From: Guillardia theta CCMP2712
Taxonomy: Eukaryota; Protista; Cryptophyta
Assembly (NCBI RefSeq): GCF_000315625.1
Contig: NW_005434657.1
Span: 473,319 to 537,318 of the forward strand
Length of the DNA: 64,000 nucleotides
Direction of reading: 5' to 3'
Shown here: piece after piece, positions 24,908 through 35,295 of the stretch
Position numbering within the stretch: position 1 is the first letter of the stretch
Layout: each line of letters begins with the position of its first letter
Translations under genes and position numbers: made by a program
The notes under the pieces: model-generated
Database searches by the model: none
What the model was told of the DNA's origin: nothing
Seen by the model: only the letters and a program-made list of their open reading frames with translations

Positions 24908-27812
24908 GAAGGAGGGAGGGAGAAGGGAGGGAGGAGCGTACCGGAGTGATAGAATTCCATACAAACTTGACAGTCTCGCTGGGATGAAGGGGTTGAAGTG
25001 AGAAGGGAATGTAGCCATGAGGGGAACATCGGTAGGAGAAGCGATCGAAGAATGGACAAGACAAAATGGAGGTCGGTGGGAGAGTACGAATGAGGAGGAA
25101 AAGAGGAAGAAAGCTGAGCTGGGGAGAGGATGGAGGAAAAAGGAGGAGGAGGAGGAGGAGGAGGAGGAGGAGGAGGAGGAGGAGGAGGAGGAGTAGAAGC
25201 AAGGTTCACCTGTCTATCTCCTCCTTCCCAAGTTTCTCCCGCGCGTGCTCGAAGACGGGTCTGCGAGGGGGATGAGCTGAGGCAGGGGCGGAGAGGCTCA
25301 TAACCTGATGGTAGCGACGCGAGCATGGAAGCAAGACTCCCGCACCGCCCGGTCAAAGTCTTGCACGCCGATGAGCGGGAAGAGGAGGGAGAATCTGCGA
25401 GAGAAGTTCAGAGCCATGCCCGTGATCCGAGGGGCAGGAAGGGAGGACAGAGCAGGGGCTGCCTTGGAACAGTGTGGAGGGTTCGGGAGGGGCAGGAGGA
25501 GGAGCTAGGAAGGAGAGGATGGCGATCAAAAGGACTTGGCTACCTATCAGACGCCACTCCCGCAAAGAAAGAGATCATTCCTCCGAGCGAAATCCCTCCT
25601 GCTCCCAACCGTGAGCAGAGACATCTCCTGCCCCCAGCTGCCGCTGCGCCTGCTCCGCTTGCCCCTCCCCCCTTTCTTCTCCTGCTCCTCATCGTCCCCT
25701 TCCTCGAGCTCGCCCTTGCCCTCGCCCTCCCTTTCCCTCTCACTTCCCCCTCCCCCCTGTCCCTTCAATTTCTTCCTCCTCCGTCTCCTCCTCCTCTCAT
25801 GCCGATTGCTATGGTCGAAGTGTCCAGGGATCCATCTTCAAAGCTGCTTGACCCGGAAAACAAGTCCTTGCTCCTCCCTCGCTCGTCCAGAAACTGAACT
25901 AGTCGGAGACTGGAAACGATGGATGAGAGGAATGCAGAAATGGGGGGAGGGGGGGGGGGGTCGGACAGTCAGGAGCGAATTGGAGGCAAACGGCAAGAAA
26001 TTCGAAGAATGTGGCAAACGAAAGAGCAAGCCAGCGAGGGCAAGAAGAGAAGGAGGGAACGAGGGAGGGAACGAGGGAGGCTCACAGGTCAAAGACGTTG
26101 TCGAGGATGAATGGGTTCCGATGTCTCGAAGAGGAAGACGTCGAGTTGTTCGCCATGTCAAGAGCAGTGACCATCGCAAGCTGGAACAAGTGTTAGAGAG
26201 ACAGAGGAGGTGCGAGGAGAACCAAAGGAGTGCAAGGGATGAGCAGTGACGCCGAGCAGGTCGGAGGAAGGGAGACGAGAAAGTTCAAAATGAGCAGGGT
26301 GAAAGAGTGCCGTGGGCTGAGCCCAAATGAAAGGAAAGGATGATCGGAGATCTTGAGGTAGAGTGATGGATAGCAAAACAGATGAAGATGGGTCTGAAGG
26401 AGGGAGGTGTTCCGACTGTGAAGTGTTGAGAAGCAGGAGGAGCCGGAGGAGCAGTGAAAGAGAGTAAGGACCACCTGGTATTCGCTGCTGTCCTCCTTCG
26501 GATTGAGCTTCTTGTCCCCCCGCCTTGAATCCCTCAATCATTCCCTCCTATCCACTCGGACCTCCTCTCCTCTCCTCTCCTCTCCTCTCCTCTCCTCTCC
26601 TCTCCTCTCCTCTCCTCTCCTCTCCCTCCTCTCCTCTCCTCTCCTCTCCCTTCCTCTCACCTGTCTCCATGAAGCCGCACATCGATACAGACCCCGACCG
26701 CCCCCCTGCATCGAGCCACCTGGCACGCGGGTAAGAGCAGGGGAGGGGGAGGCAAGAAAGACAGCACGAGGTCGCAGACGTAGTTGACTGTCGCAACCGA
26801 CGACCTGCTTGCAAGCTCATTCCTTCCCTCAACCTCAAAGTCGGGCCTCACCGACAGTCCCCCGTCCCATGCATCCAGATGATCACCGGACGGCCTGCCG
26901 CACTTTGGTGTTGCTCCGAGACTTGTTTCTTGCAAGCGGCGTCAGTCGATTCCCCTCCTTCCCCCCTCCTCCTTCACCAGCTCCTGCAGTCTCCCCTCTG
27001 CCTCCCGCAGCATCTGACAGCGCTCCAGTCACCCTCGTGACAGATCGACTCCCACGAGGCACCTGCTCGTCTTGGATCGACATGTCATCCTTGCTCCATA
27101 TCGCAGTCTGCGAAGAGGAACGCGTTAGCTGAGCGGGGGAGGAGAAGGAGTGATGTGTGAGCTGAGAGGGGAGAGCACCTGGATCTCCGTAAGGCGTCTG
27201 CGGGCTTCTTCCAACTCCCCTGCCTTGGTCGCATCTGCTGTGCTTCCATCCGCAGCCTCAAAGTTTGCTTCTGCGTATATGGACACGAATACATCCTCCT
27301 CCTCTTCACTCCGGAACCTCCACTCCTCCTGCGACGATGGTCAGACATCATACCAGATCTCTCACAGTACAACTCACGTGCATCATTGTCCTCTCCTCTC
27401 CTCCTTCCTCTGAATTCTTCCCGGGGGTGAAAGTCTCCCCTGAGATCCTCTCCGCCTTCAGCTCAGCATGCAGAGTCCTCTTGCCGTCGTTCCCTACCGT
27501 GGGTGGACCCATCAGTGTCCTCCACCCACGACAACACGCGTTAGCGCACAACCAGCGATCACTTGGAGGATCGTCTTGCGAGCCTCACCAGCCTCTGGCT
27601 CAACTGAGCCTGCGATGAGGTCAGAACATACTCAGTTCATGCACTACCTCCCTTTCACCTCCCCTGCCTCCGGACGAATCTGGGCAGGTGACGAGGGTCA
27701 CCTTGGAAGGCCGTGGAGGCCTCTTGCAGAATCCTGTCGTATGCATCGATGACTGACAGTCGCTGCAAGGAGCTCCCTTCGCCTGCCGACTCTCCTCCTC
27801 TGACCCAGCCAT
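23491..27812 (-). CDS. Alpha/beta hydrolase (esterase/peptidase-like) with acidic C-terminal tail; many exons
   Basis: Spliced exons give IIWMHGTG, VGVCIDVRLHG, NPFILDNVFDL, the nucleophile elbow GGISLGGM, FPLIGVQDF, PRPCLIVNGRHDPRC (Asp) and EAAHEI (His). This is a complete Ser-Asp-His triad in the correct order. Confidence 0.85.
24833..24905. repeat. (GGCA)n intronic microsatellite
   Basis: Read directly. Confidence 0.95.
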
Positions 27813-28264
27813 GTATCCGTCGCTCGCCTGACAATCCTTCTCCTAGGCTGCAGTGTAGTGTTACTGTGAGAGTGTGGGATTAAGTGCAGCACACTATCAT
27901 CAAGAGGACGGTGTCATGATAAAACAACTTGGCATGTACACGCTTTATCCCATCAATGATGACCTATCTCTATCTCTGACCCAGCCTCCAGAACCCTTTG
28001 ATTCCTGCAGCGCTCGGTTCGCGATGCATTTCTAATTCATCCCTTCGTCCCCTTGTGACTAATTGTCTGTCTATCGTCTCCCTCATTTTTCCTGTCTATT
28101 TGGATATCCTACTTCATCACGCTGTTGTTGATCTGTGAGTTGCCAGCGTGCTGTCAACCAACAAAAATCCTACACCCCTGCTAACTCACCCTAGTCCTCT
28201 TCCACTCTCACACATCCTAGAGCGATGATCCTTGAATCATGTTCTCTATCGCCCTGTTACTGAT

Positions 28265-28345
28265 CCTCCTCCTCCTCCTCCTCCTCCTCCTCCTCCTCCT
28301 CCTCCTCCTCCTCCTCCTCCTCCTCCTCCTCCTCCTCCTCCTCTT

Positions 28346-28382
<37 letters not shown>
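28265..28382. repeat. Compound (CTC)n(ATC)n microsatellite
   Basis: Read directly; it produces the spurious poly-Leu/Ile ORF. Confidence 0.95.
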
Positions 28383-28529
28383 GGGAATCCATGTTTAATT
28401 AACGTTAAATTCTTTCTGCGAATTCATAATATGTTAACATTGTTTTCTGTTTTACCATTAAAATGAATACCCACCCCATCCCCCACAACCAGACTATCCC
28501 CTCGGACCCCAGAACTTATCAAAAGAGTT

Positions 28530-29230
28530 TAGTATGGAAATTCACTGGGGTAGGGTGATTGAGACAGGGGTACTTAGTCCATAAAACAGGAGATCTGGAT
28601 CATGGTGGGTAGTCAAAATGTACCGGTGGCATCCCGATCACCAGGTGATGGGCATGTGGAGACTAGCAGGAATTGAATGGGAAAAGGGGGGTAGGGGTCA
28701 GGTCGGATGATCGGAGTTCAAGTGGTAGGGTGTGCCACCTGATATAAGTGGACCGGGTCATAATACTTATAGAAGTGGGTAGGGGTATACCATTTAACGG
28801 GTAGTGGGTCCATGTCTGAGTGGAGGGGTACTGGGTGGACTGCTGGAAATGGGGATCAGGGGGTGGCAATGGATAGTGTGTATCTGTAGGGTGGGGTGGG
28901 GTGCCGAAACTGTTGTCGGAAGGAGGGGGGGTGGGGGTAGGGGTGTGTGGCGGTAAAAGAGAACCAGGGAATGGCAAGATTTCGATGCGGCGGAAGCGGA
29001 AGGAGGGAGAGGAGGGAGAGGAGAAGGAGAAGGAGACGAAATGAACAAGTACGTGTTAGGATCAGTTCAGGACGGATGGTGTCTAAAACGTGAGCAAAAG
29101 GAGTGTAAGAGGTGGGGAAAAGGTGGTAGATTGGTGCCCGGTACAAATCCGAGGGTGAAATGTTTGAGGGGAGGGGGAAGGGGGAGAGCTGGGGACATGG
29201 ATTTATCTGGCAACAAGGTGGTAAGAAGAT
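28530..29230 (-). repeat. GGGGT-rich tract (reverse orientation of the ACCCC element)
   Basis: Dense GGGGT/GGGGTGGGG runs between divergent genes. Confidence 0.55.
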
Positions 29231-29399
29231 AGATCAAGAGGTAGGAAGAGATTCCGTGGGGAAGATAAGGTTGTTTGACCAGGACAACGGTCAACTTGTA
29301 TTTCAAATTCTCTTTCATGCAATACAGAATCTGGGAATTTAGTCCGAAGGATAAAAAGTTGTATGTTGGCGAATGCAGAACCAGCACGTGCTATCGATG

Positions 29400-32300
29400 C
29401 TCATATGCATGTGGATGAGTTGAGACTGTCGTGTCTGCTTACGCTGCTTTGTTGCTGCAGACATGAGCAGGGGCGTGAGTGCCTAGAAGCGTGTGGATGA
29501 GCTCGAACAAGACGGACAAGAAGCCATAGTTATAGAGAGCACTGCTTGGGGCTTAGGTCCTTCACCCCTGAGGGTGGCTGCATGCGCTACCACCGGAATG
29601 CTTGAAAACTCTGGCGCGTCCCAAGATGCGGGAAATAAGATCGGTATGCAGAGGAATGACCTGCCTGAGACTCGAGGCTGAAAGTATACCAGCAACCTTC
29701 GTGAAGAGTTGTCTAGATGCGCCGGCCTCGCTGGATGCTCGCAAGAGCATCGTTCAGGTTGAGTGTGCTTGCAGCTCACCGGAGAGGTTGGTTTGCTTAC
29801 ACTCCCTCAGCTGCATTCCATCTGCAGGACGACACAGGAATCTGCTCTGCTCGTCGCCAATGGAGGAGGCATCATCGCCGGTAACTTGGACCTGAGCAAG
29901 CACGTCAATCTCATGTATTTGTGCTGCAGCCCATAGGATGCTGTCTGCCTCCAACAGCAAGGAGGCGCTGGGGATCCTGTGGACGTTGAGCTCGTACAAG
30001 ACGGTTGTCGATGGTTTCACTCCCGAGGTGCTCTGGGATGTTGTACGCATCTGCAGGACGAGCAAGGACCCATGGAGGCAGACGGCTGCGATCAGCACGC
30101 TGCACAACCTGCTCTGCTTCAACTACTACGAGAAGGTGCTAACAGCTGGGGCCCTCGAGCTAGCCATCGAGCTAGTCTGTAACCAAGAAAGCGCCACGAA
30201 TGAAGTCAAGGCGGCGTGCGCTTTGCTGCTGGATCAGTGCTGCTTCGACAAGATATCGAAGCAAGTTGCGGTCCAGTGCGAGCGTGTCGGGGAAGCTTCC
30301 CAGTGTCGTTCCCTCAACGTCGTGCAGGCGGTGGAGCTGAAACCGATAATCGAAATCCTTGAGAAGCAAACAGCAACTGTCTACTCGAGCACGAGCTCGA
30401 GTGACAGACGGGGGGGGTCAGTCCAGCTCGGCTGACGTGGCAAGAGACGCTGCAGACCTTCGAGATAGCCATGACGCCGGCAAGCTCTTGATCGGAAACC
30501 TGGTAAGGCGTCCATGGGCTGGTCGAAGGTTTCTTAACCTGCTGCTGTTGCCAGCTTTCCTTCCTGTGGAATGCGACTGACGACCTCTACTACTCTGACC
30601 CGGCTGGTTGGAGTCGCTTCACCATCAGAGCCTGCGAGGTGAGCCTCTTCTGGACTTCATCTTGACGGCGTTTGACATGCACCTGTCAGCCCGAGCTCTT
30701 GAAAGTCCTTAACAAGATTCTCGTGCACGGAGATGACAGTGAAAGACATGCAGTCGGCGCGATCCTCCACAACTTCTCTTGCAACCGATCCTTGCATGAC
30801 AGGTGAGCTGAGTTTGTAGGATTGTCCTTCAGCCATACTGACGATTTGAGACGCAAGGCTCTTGGAAAATGGCGTCGTTGACATGATTACGCAAACAGTC
30901 CAAAAAGATGAGGACGTGCACATCTGCTGCTTGCTGGCAGCAGCAGAACTTTGCGGATCTGAGGAATCTGGCAAGCACTGTAACATCCTGCACAAATTCA
31001 ATGCTGTGTATGTGCTCGTGAGCGATCTGCGAAAGCGGTGTGGCTGCTATGAGGACTACTCAGTCAACGAGAGGGTAGGCTGATCTCCTTCCCCGATGAT
31101 CTTCTTGCTCTGATGGTCTCGATCAGGAGGTGAGCCTGAGAAAGCTGCTCAGTGCTCTGGAAAACATCGCGTCCTCCGACGTCCACAAGGGCTCCCTGCT
31201 CAAGTGCGGAGTGATCGACGTCATTTACGATGTTATCTCAAAGAGGATCGTCGTGAGCCCCCATCTCCTCCTCTCATGCCTTCCTCTGACCTCCAGCAGG
31301 ACCACCGAGGGATGACGCTCGGCCTGCGGACGCTGCTGCACCTGAGCTTCGAGAGGAGCGCGATCCAGGTGATGGAGGAGTTGGAGGGGTGTATGCAGCT
31401 GATCCTGTTCCAGGACTTGTTGCATCCTCGCCTTGTCAAGCTGATAGCGGACACTGCCAAGGACGACCAGATCCCGCTGATACCCAAGGAAAGCGCCAAG
31501 ACGCTGGATTACCGGCTCAAATACTTGCGAGACCCCCTTCTCCTCTTCCCTGCCAACGACCACAAGACCCAGAGCTACGGTGCTCGCTGGCTCCGGCACC
31601 CTGAAGAGATTCGCATCCTCACGCTCTCGTACCACGAATCGGATCTGCCAGTTGTCTCCCGCATTCGCTCCTCCCTCCTGTCCGTTGGCTACGCCTTCGC
31701 TTCGAGCGAGGACTCTGTAGAAACAGGTTGGTCACCTTGACGACGAGATAACATGCTCCTTCTTGCTGTCTCGGCTCTTCCCCCTCTCTTCCTCCTTTTA
31801 CTCAGAATACTCCGCATCAAGAGCTCCTGAGAGATGCATATCGAACCCCATTCTCTTTTCTGTCATCCCCTCTGTTCCTTCCTTTCATCTATTTCATTGT
31901 CTCTTCTCTCGTTGTAGCAAAGTCTCCTCCTCTCTTCCTATAGTGATGTGCATGCATCGTGCAGGCAGCATAGACGACTTCATTCAGTGTCTTCAGTCGG
32001 AGCCAACGGATCTTCTTGTCTGCATGTCAAAGTCATACCAAGTTTCTGCCCGGGCTCGCTTCACCACAGAACTTGCTCTTTCAAGGTCTCCCTGCTTTCC
32101 TTTCCTTCTCCCTGTCTCGATCTCCTTGGCTATTTCTTGACTTGTTGAGAAGGGGGTTGCATCTTGTAAGGCTGAACATTGAAGCAAGGTTTGTCACCCT
32201 ACTCTCGTTGTTCCCTTCTCTCTACTCCTCCCTGTTTCCTCCTTCTTCCTCCTCCTTTCTCTCCTTGCTTGCAACTCCAATCCTATCCATGCTTCCAGCC

Positions 32301-34621
32301 ATTCTTCCCCTTTGCTGGCAATGACGACTTGACCACTCGCACTTTCCCCTCCTCCACCTTCGTCCTGCTGATACACTTTTCTGTGGGTAATTCGTTCGTT
32401 TCTGTTGCAGTTTCCATCCTTTCGGTTGGTTGGCGCAACTTGCAAGCATGCAGACAAAGGACGGGGACAGGGAATTTCAGAGCGAAATCTGCGTGACGGG
32501 AGCAACGGCCATGCAGTTGTCGGTACTGATAGCAGCGCTGGGCAAGGTACCGTTGCTCGAGCCTTTCTCTTGCCTTCCTCTTTTCTCTCGAATCCGCCCA
32601 GCCCCCACAGTCTTGTTGACTTTCTGACACTCACAGCGAAACATCGTGAAGCATGCGGCAACGGATCCAGCATCAAACGGTGAGCTGTGCTCATGTCCCT
32701 GCTGCTCCTGCCTTAACTTATCCTCTCCCTCTTGCCTCTTCTAGATCCCAGGAAGGGCCCCAGCAGCCCGAGGAGCGGCTTCGATCATTCGCGTCTGTGG
32801 GATGTGACACCACGAGGTCGGCCTCGACCGGCGCTGCTGACTCAGCAAGAGAAGCACCCCGACAAGCTCGGGCTGCTGCTGATCGAGAGTCCAGCTGGCG
32901 AGGTGAGAATCACTGTGCCGAGCACGTGCAACCGGTTGCTGGCCGTAACCTGCCGATGCAGATCTGTGTCGCTCGGGTCAGTCCGGAAGGATCGGCGGGG
33001 AGGAGCGGGCTGGTGCGGGAACGAGATGTCCTACTTGCTGTGGACGGGAAGGAGGTCAAGGTGAGAGAAGAGCTGCTGCCTCCTCCTCCCGCGGTGCTGA
33101 CGTGCTGGGGGAAGGGTATCAGCGTGACGCGGGTGATCGACATCATCCGGAATGCTCGAGGAGACGAAGATCGCGGGAGCCTCGTCGGGGGGAGTAGGGG
33201 GGGCGAGTCAACGCCCTCCAAGGACAAGAGCGCGTCGGTAGAGCTGCTGTTCTCCCGGGGAGGGCAGGAGCTCTGTGTCGTCCTGCCCCGTCCTCCCGTG
33301 TCATCCCACACCTCGTTCGAGCGGGTTCAGTGGGGCCTCGACCACGAGGTCATGGAAGTCTCGCGGGAAGGGAGGATGGCGTACGATGATCACTTCCTGC
33401 CCGCGAACCTCCGCGCCAGGAGCAGCACAGGAGCATCGACGGCTCGAGCGAGGATCGAGACCAGCCCAACACAGACCAACGGGGTCACTGTCACTCCTTC
33501 CTTCATCAGCAAGGGTGAGCCGTCAGCTTGCCGCGTCTCTCCTCCCCTTCTCGTTGTCTCACCCGTAGAAGCAGAGGGTTCTCCGGGCAGGCCGGCGCCA
33601 GCTCAGCAACGCCTGGCAGTCACTTCATTGGGCATTGACGGCGAGCGGGGCAAGGAGATTGGGTCCTTGGGCACAGACTTGTGGCAGGGGGCGAAGCCTG
33701 TGAAGTCAATCGTGAAGGAGGATGGGGACATTGATACCGGTCAGCCCTTCTCTACTTTCTCCTCACTCTCATTCTCCTCAAACATTCCTTCGTCCTCTTC
33801 CACCTCGTTTCGATATCATCCCTCACGCGTTTTCCTCTCCAGAGACCCGGCCGTCGGTGAGGACAGCAGCGCTCTCCGCTCGCTTCATCCTCTCATTGAG
33901 GAGCGTGATCATCGACGCTGGATGGTTTCCCAGCAGCGAGCTGTCGAGGAGAGAGGACGTGCAGCGGGTGGAGAGGTCGTGGCTGACCTGGCGCCTGAAG
34001 CCCGCGAAGGTGCTCAGCTCACCGATGCCTTGCTCCCAGCTGACTGTGAGCAGGAGACGAGGAGGGAAGCTGCCGCAATGGAGGAGGAGCTTGACAAGGT
34101 TGTAAGGATGACACCGTCGGATGTGTCAAGGTGAGGGCTGAAGGGCAGCTGGAGGTGGAGGTGACGATGGTCGTGACCAGGTGGCTGCGAGACGAGGAAT
34201 TGGAGGGGGTGGAGCAAGTTCTTCATGTCAGCCGCTTGCCGGGCAGCTGGGGTAGAACTGACTTCCTGCAGGGAGGAAGCGACGGGAGGAGCGTGGTAGA
34301 ATTGGTCAAACTGCTAAGACGGGACGAGAAGATGTGAGTGTAGTATAGGCGAAGGCACTACTAGAACAGGGACAGGAGAAGAGAGGAGCGAGATACGAGG
34401 GAGAGAGGAGCGCGAAGGAGGAGTAGGTGACGGGTTGGTGCAGGTTGGTCTCACTGCTGGACCATCAGCTGAGGGGCGATGCGACGAGGTGGGAGGAGAA
34501 GTTTGCAGTGAGGGCTGGGATGACGGGTTGGGGCAGGAGAAACAGGTGGGTGGTGGCCCTCAAGAAGCTGCTGGGGAGCTCGAGGGGACAGACGATGGCG
34601 GGTGAGCTGAGCTCCCGCTGA
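29400..34621 (+). CDS. Armadillo-repeat / TIR-like / PDZ / SAM-like multidomain protein (5' end approximate)
   Basis: ARM-like helical exons at about 29660-31520. TIR-like ILTLSYHESDLPVVSRIRSSLLSVGY...GSIDDFIQCLQSEPTDLLVCMSKSYQVSARARFTTELALSRGLHLVRL. PDZ KLGLLLIESPAGE|ICVARVSPEGSAGRSGLVRERDVLLAVDG. SAM-like VTRWLRDEELEGV...DGRSVVEL...WVVALKKLL. Exon phases are compatible from TIR into PDZ. Confidence 0.7.
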
Positions 34622-34789
34622 TGGGGCCAACGACCATGTCAAACAATAAATTACAAGGACATACAAGGAAAGCTCAACATGCTGTCCCCTCTTCCTGTGA
34701 AGCCTCTCGCTCCTGGTCGACCCTCCTCACAGCGACTGGTTGCCATCGCTCCCTCTTCAGGGGGAGCGAGGGATGGTGGGGGAAAGAGA

Positions 34790-35263
34790 CTAGGGCCCTC
34801 CCTGCCAGAGGAGAGTGCTGGGGTCGGGGATCTGCCGAGCCGTGAGACGAAGTCGATCTCTTCAGTCACGTACCTCGTTGCGATCCATGCCGACCTCTCC
34901 CGCTTCCATCCCTCCTAGGCCGTTGGGGAACAGCAGCATGTTGGGATCAGGTGCCTGCGACCGTATCAGGTGCCGCAGAGCAGGAGGCAGCGGGGCCACA
35001 GACCGAGCTCTGGTCCATCATTGATCCTTGCATCCCGTTGCCGCCCTGCTGTTGCTCTCCTCCTCCTCCACCGATGCCACTAAGGTCCATGGGAGCGTAA
35101 GAGCCCCCGAGGTTGTTCATGTAGTGACCGGAGCCCATGTAGCCCTGCCCGTTGGCGTCCTCGAAGTTCGATGAGCCGACAGGGCCCTGGGCCGAAATGT
35201 CCCGAAGGCAGGAAATACACTTCCCCGGTGAGTTCTCCAACAAGAGCTGCAGGTCCAAGTCAG

Positions 35264-35295
<32 letters not shown>

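Noticed and set aside
25325-26249. Long + strand ORFs (190 and 237 aa)
   Set aside because: Antisense to the spliced alpha/beta hydrolase exons and low-complexity introns.
28239-28466. Poly-Leu/Ile membrane-like ORF
   Set aside because: Product of the (CTC)n(ATC)n microsatellite.
32653-34134. 493-aa ORF as a stand-alone gene
   Set aside because: It reads through introns; the PDZ N-terminal strand is in another frame, and splicing links it to the upstream TIR exons.
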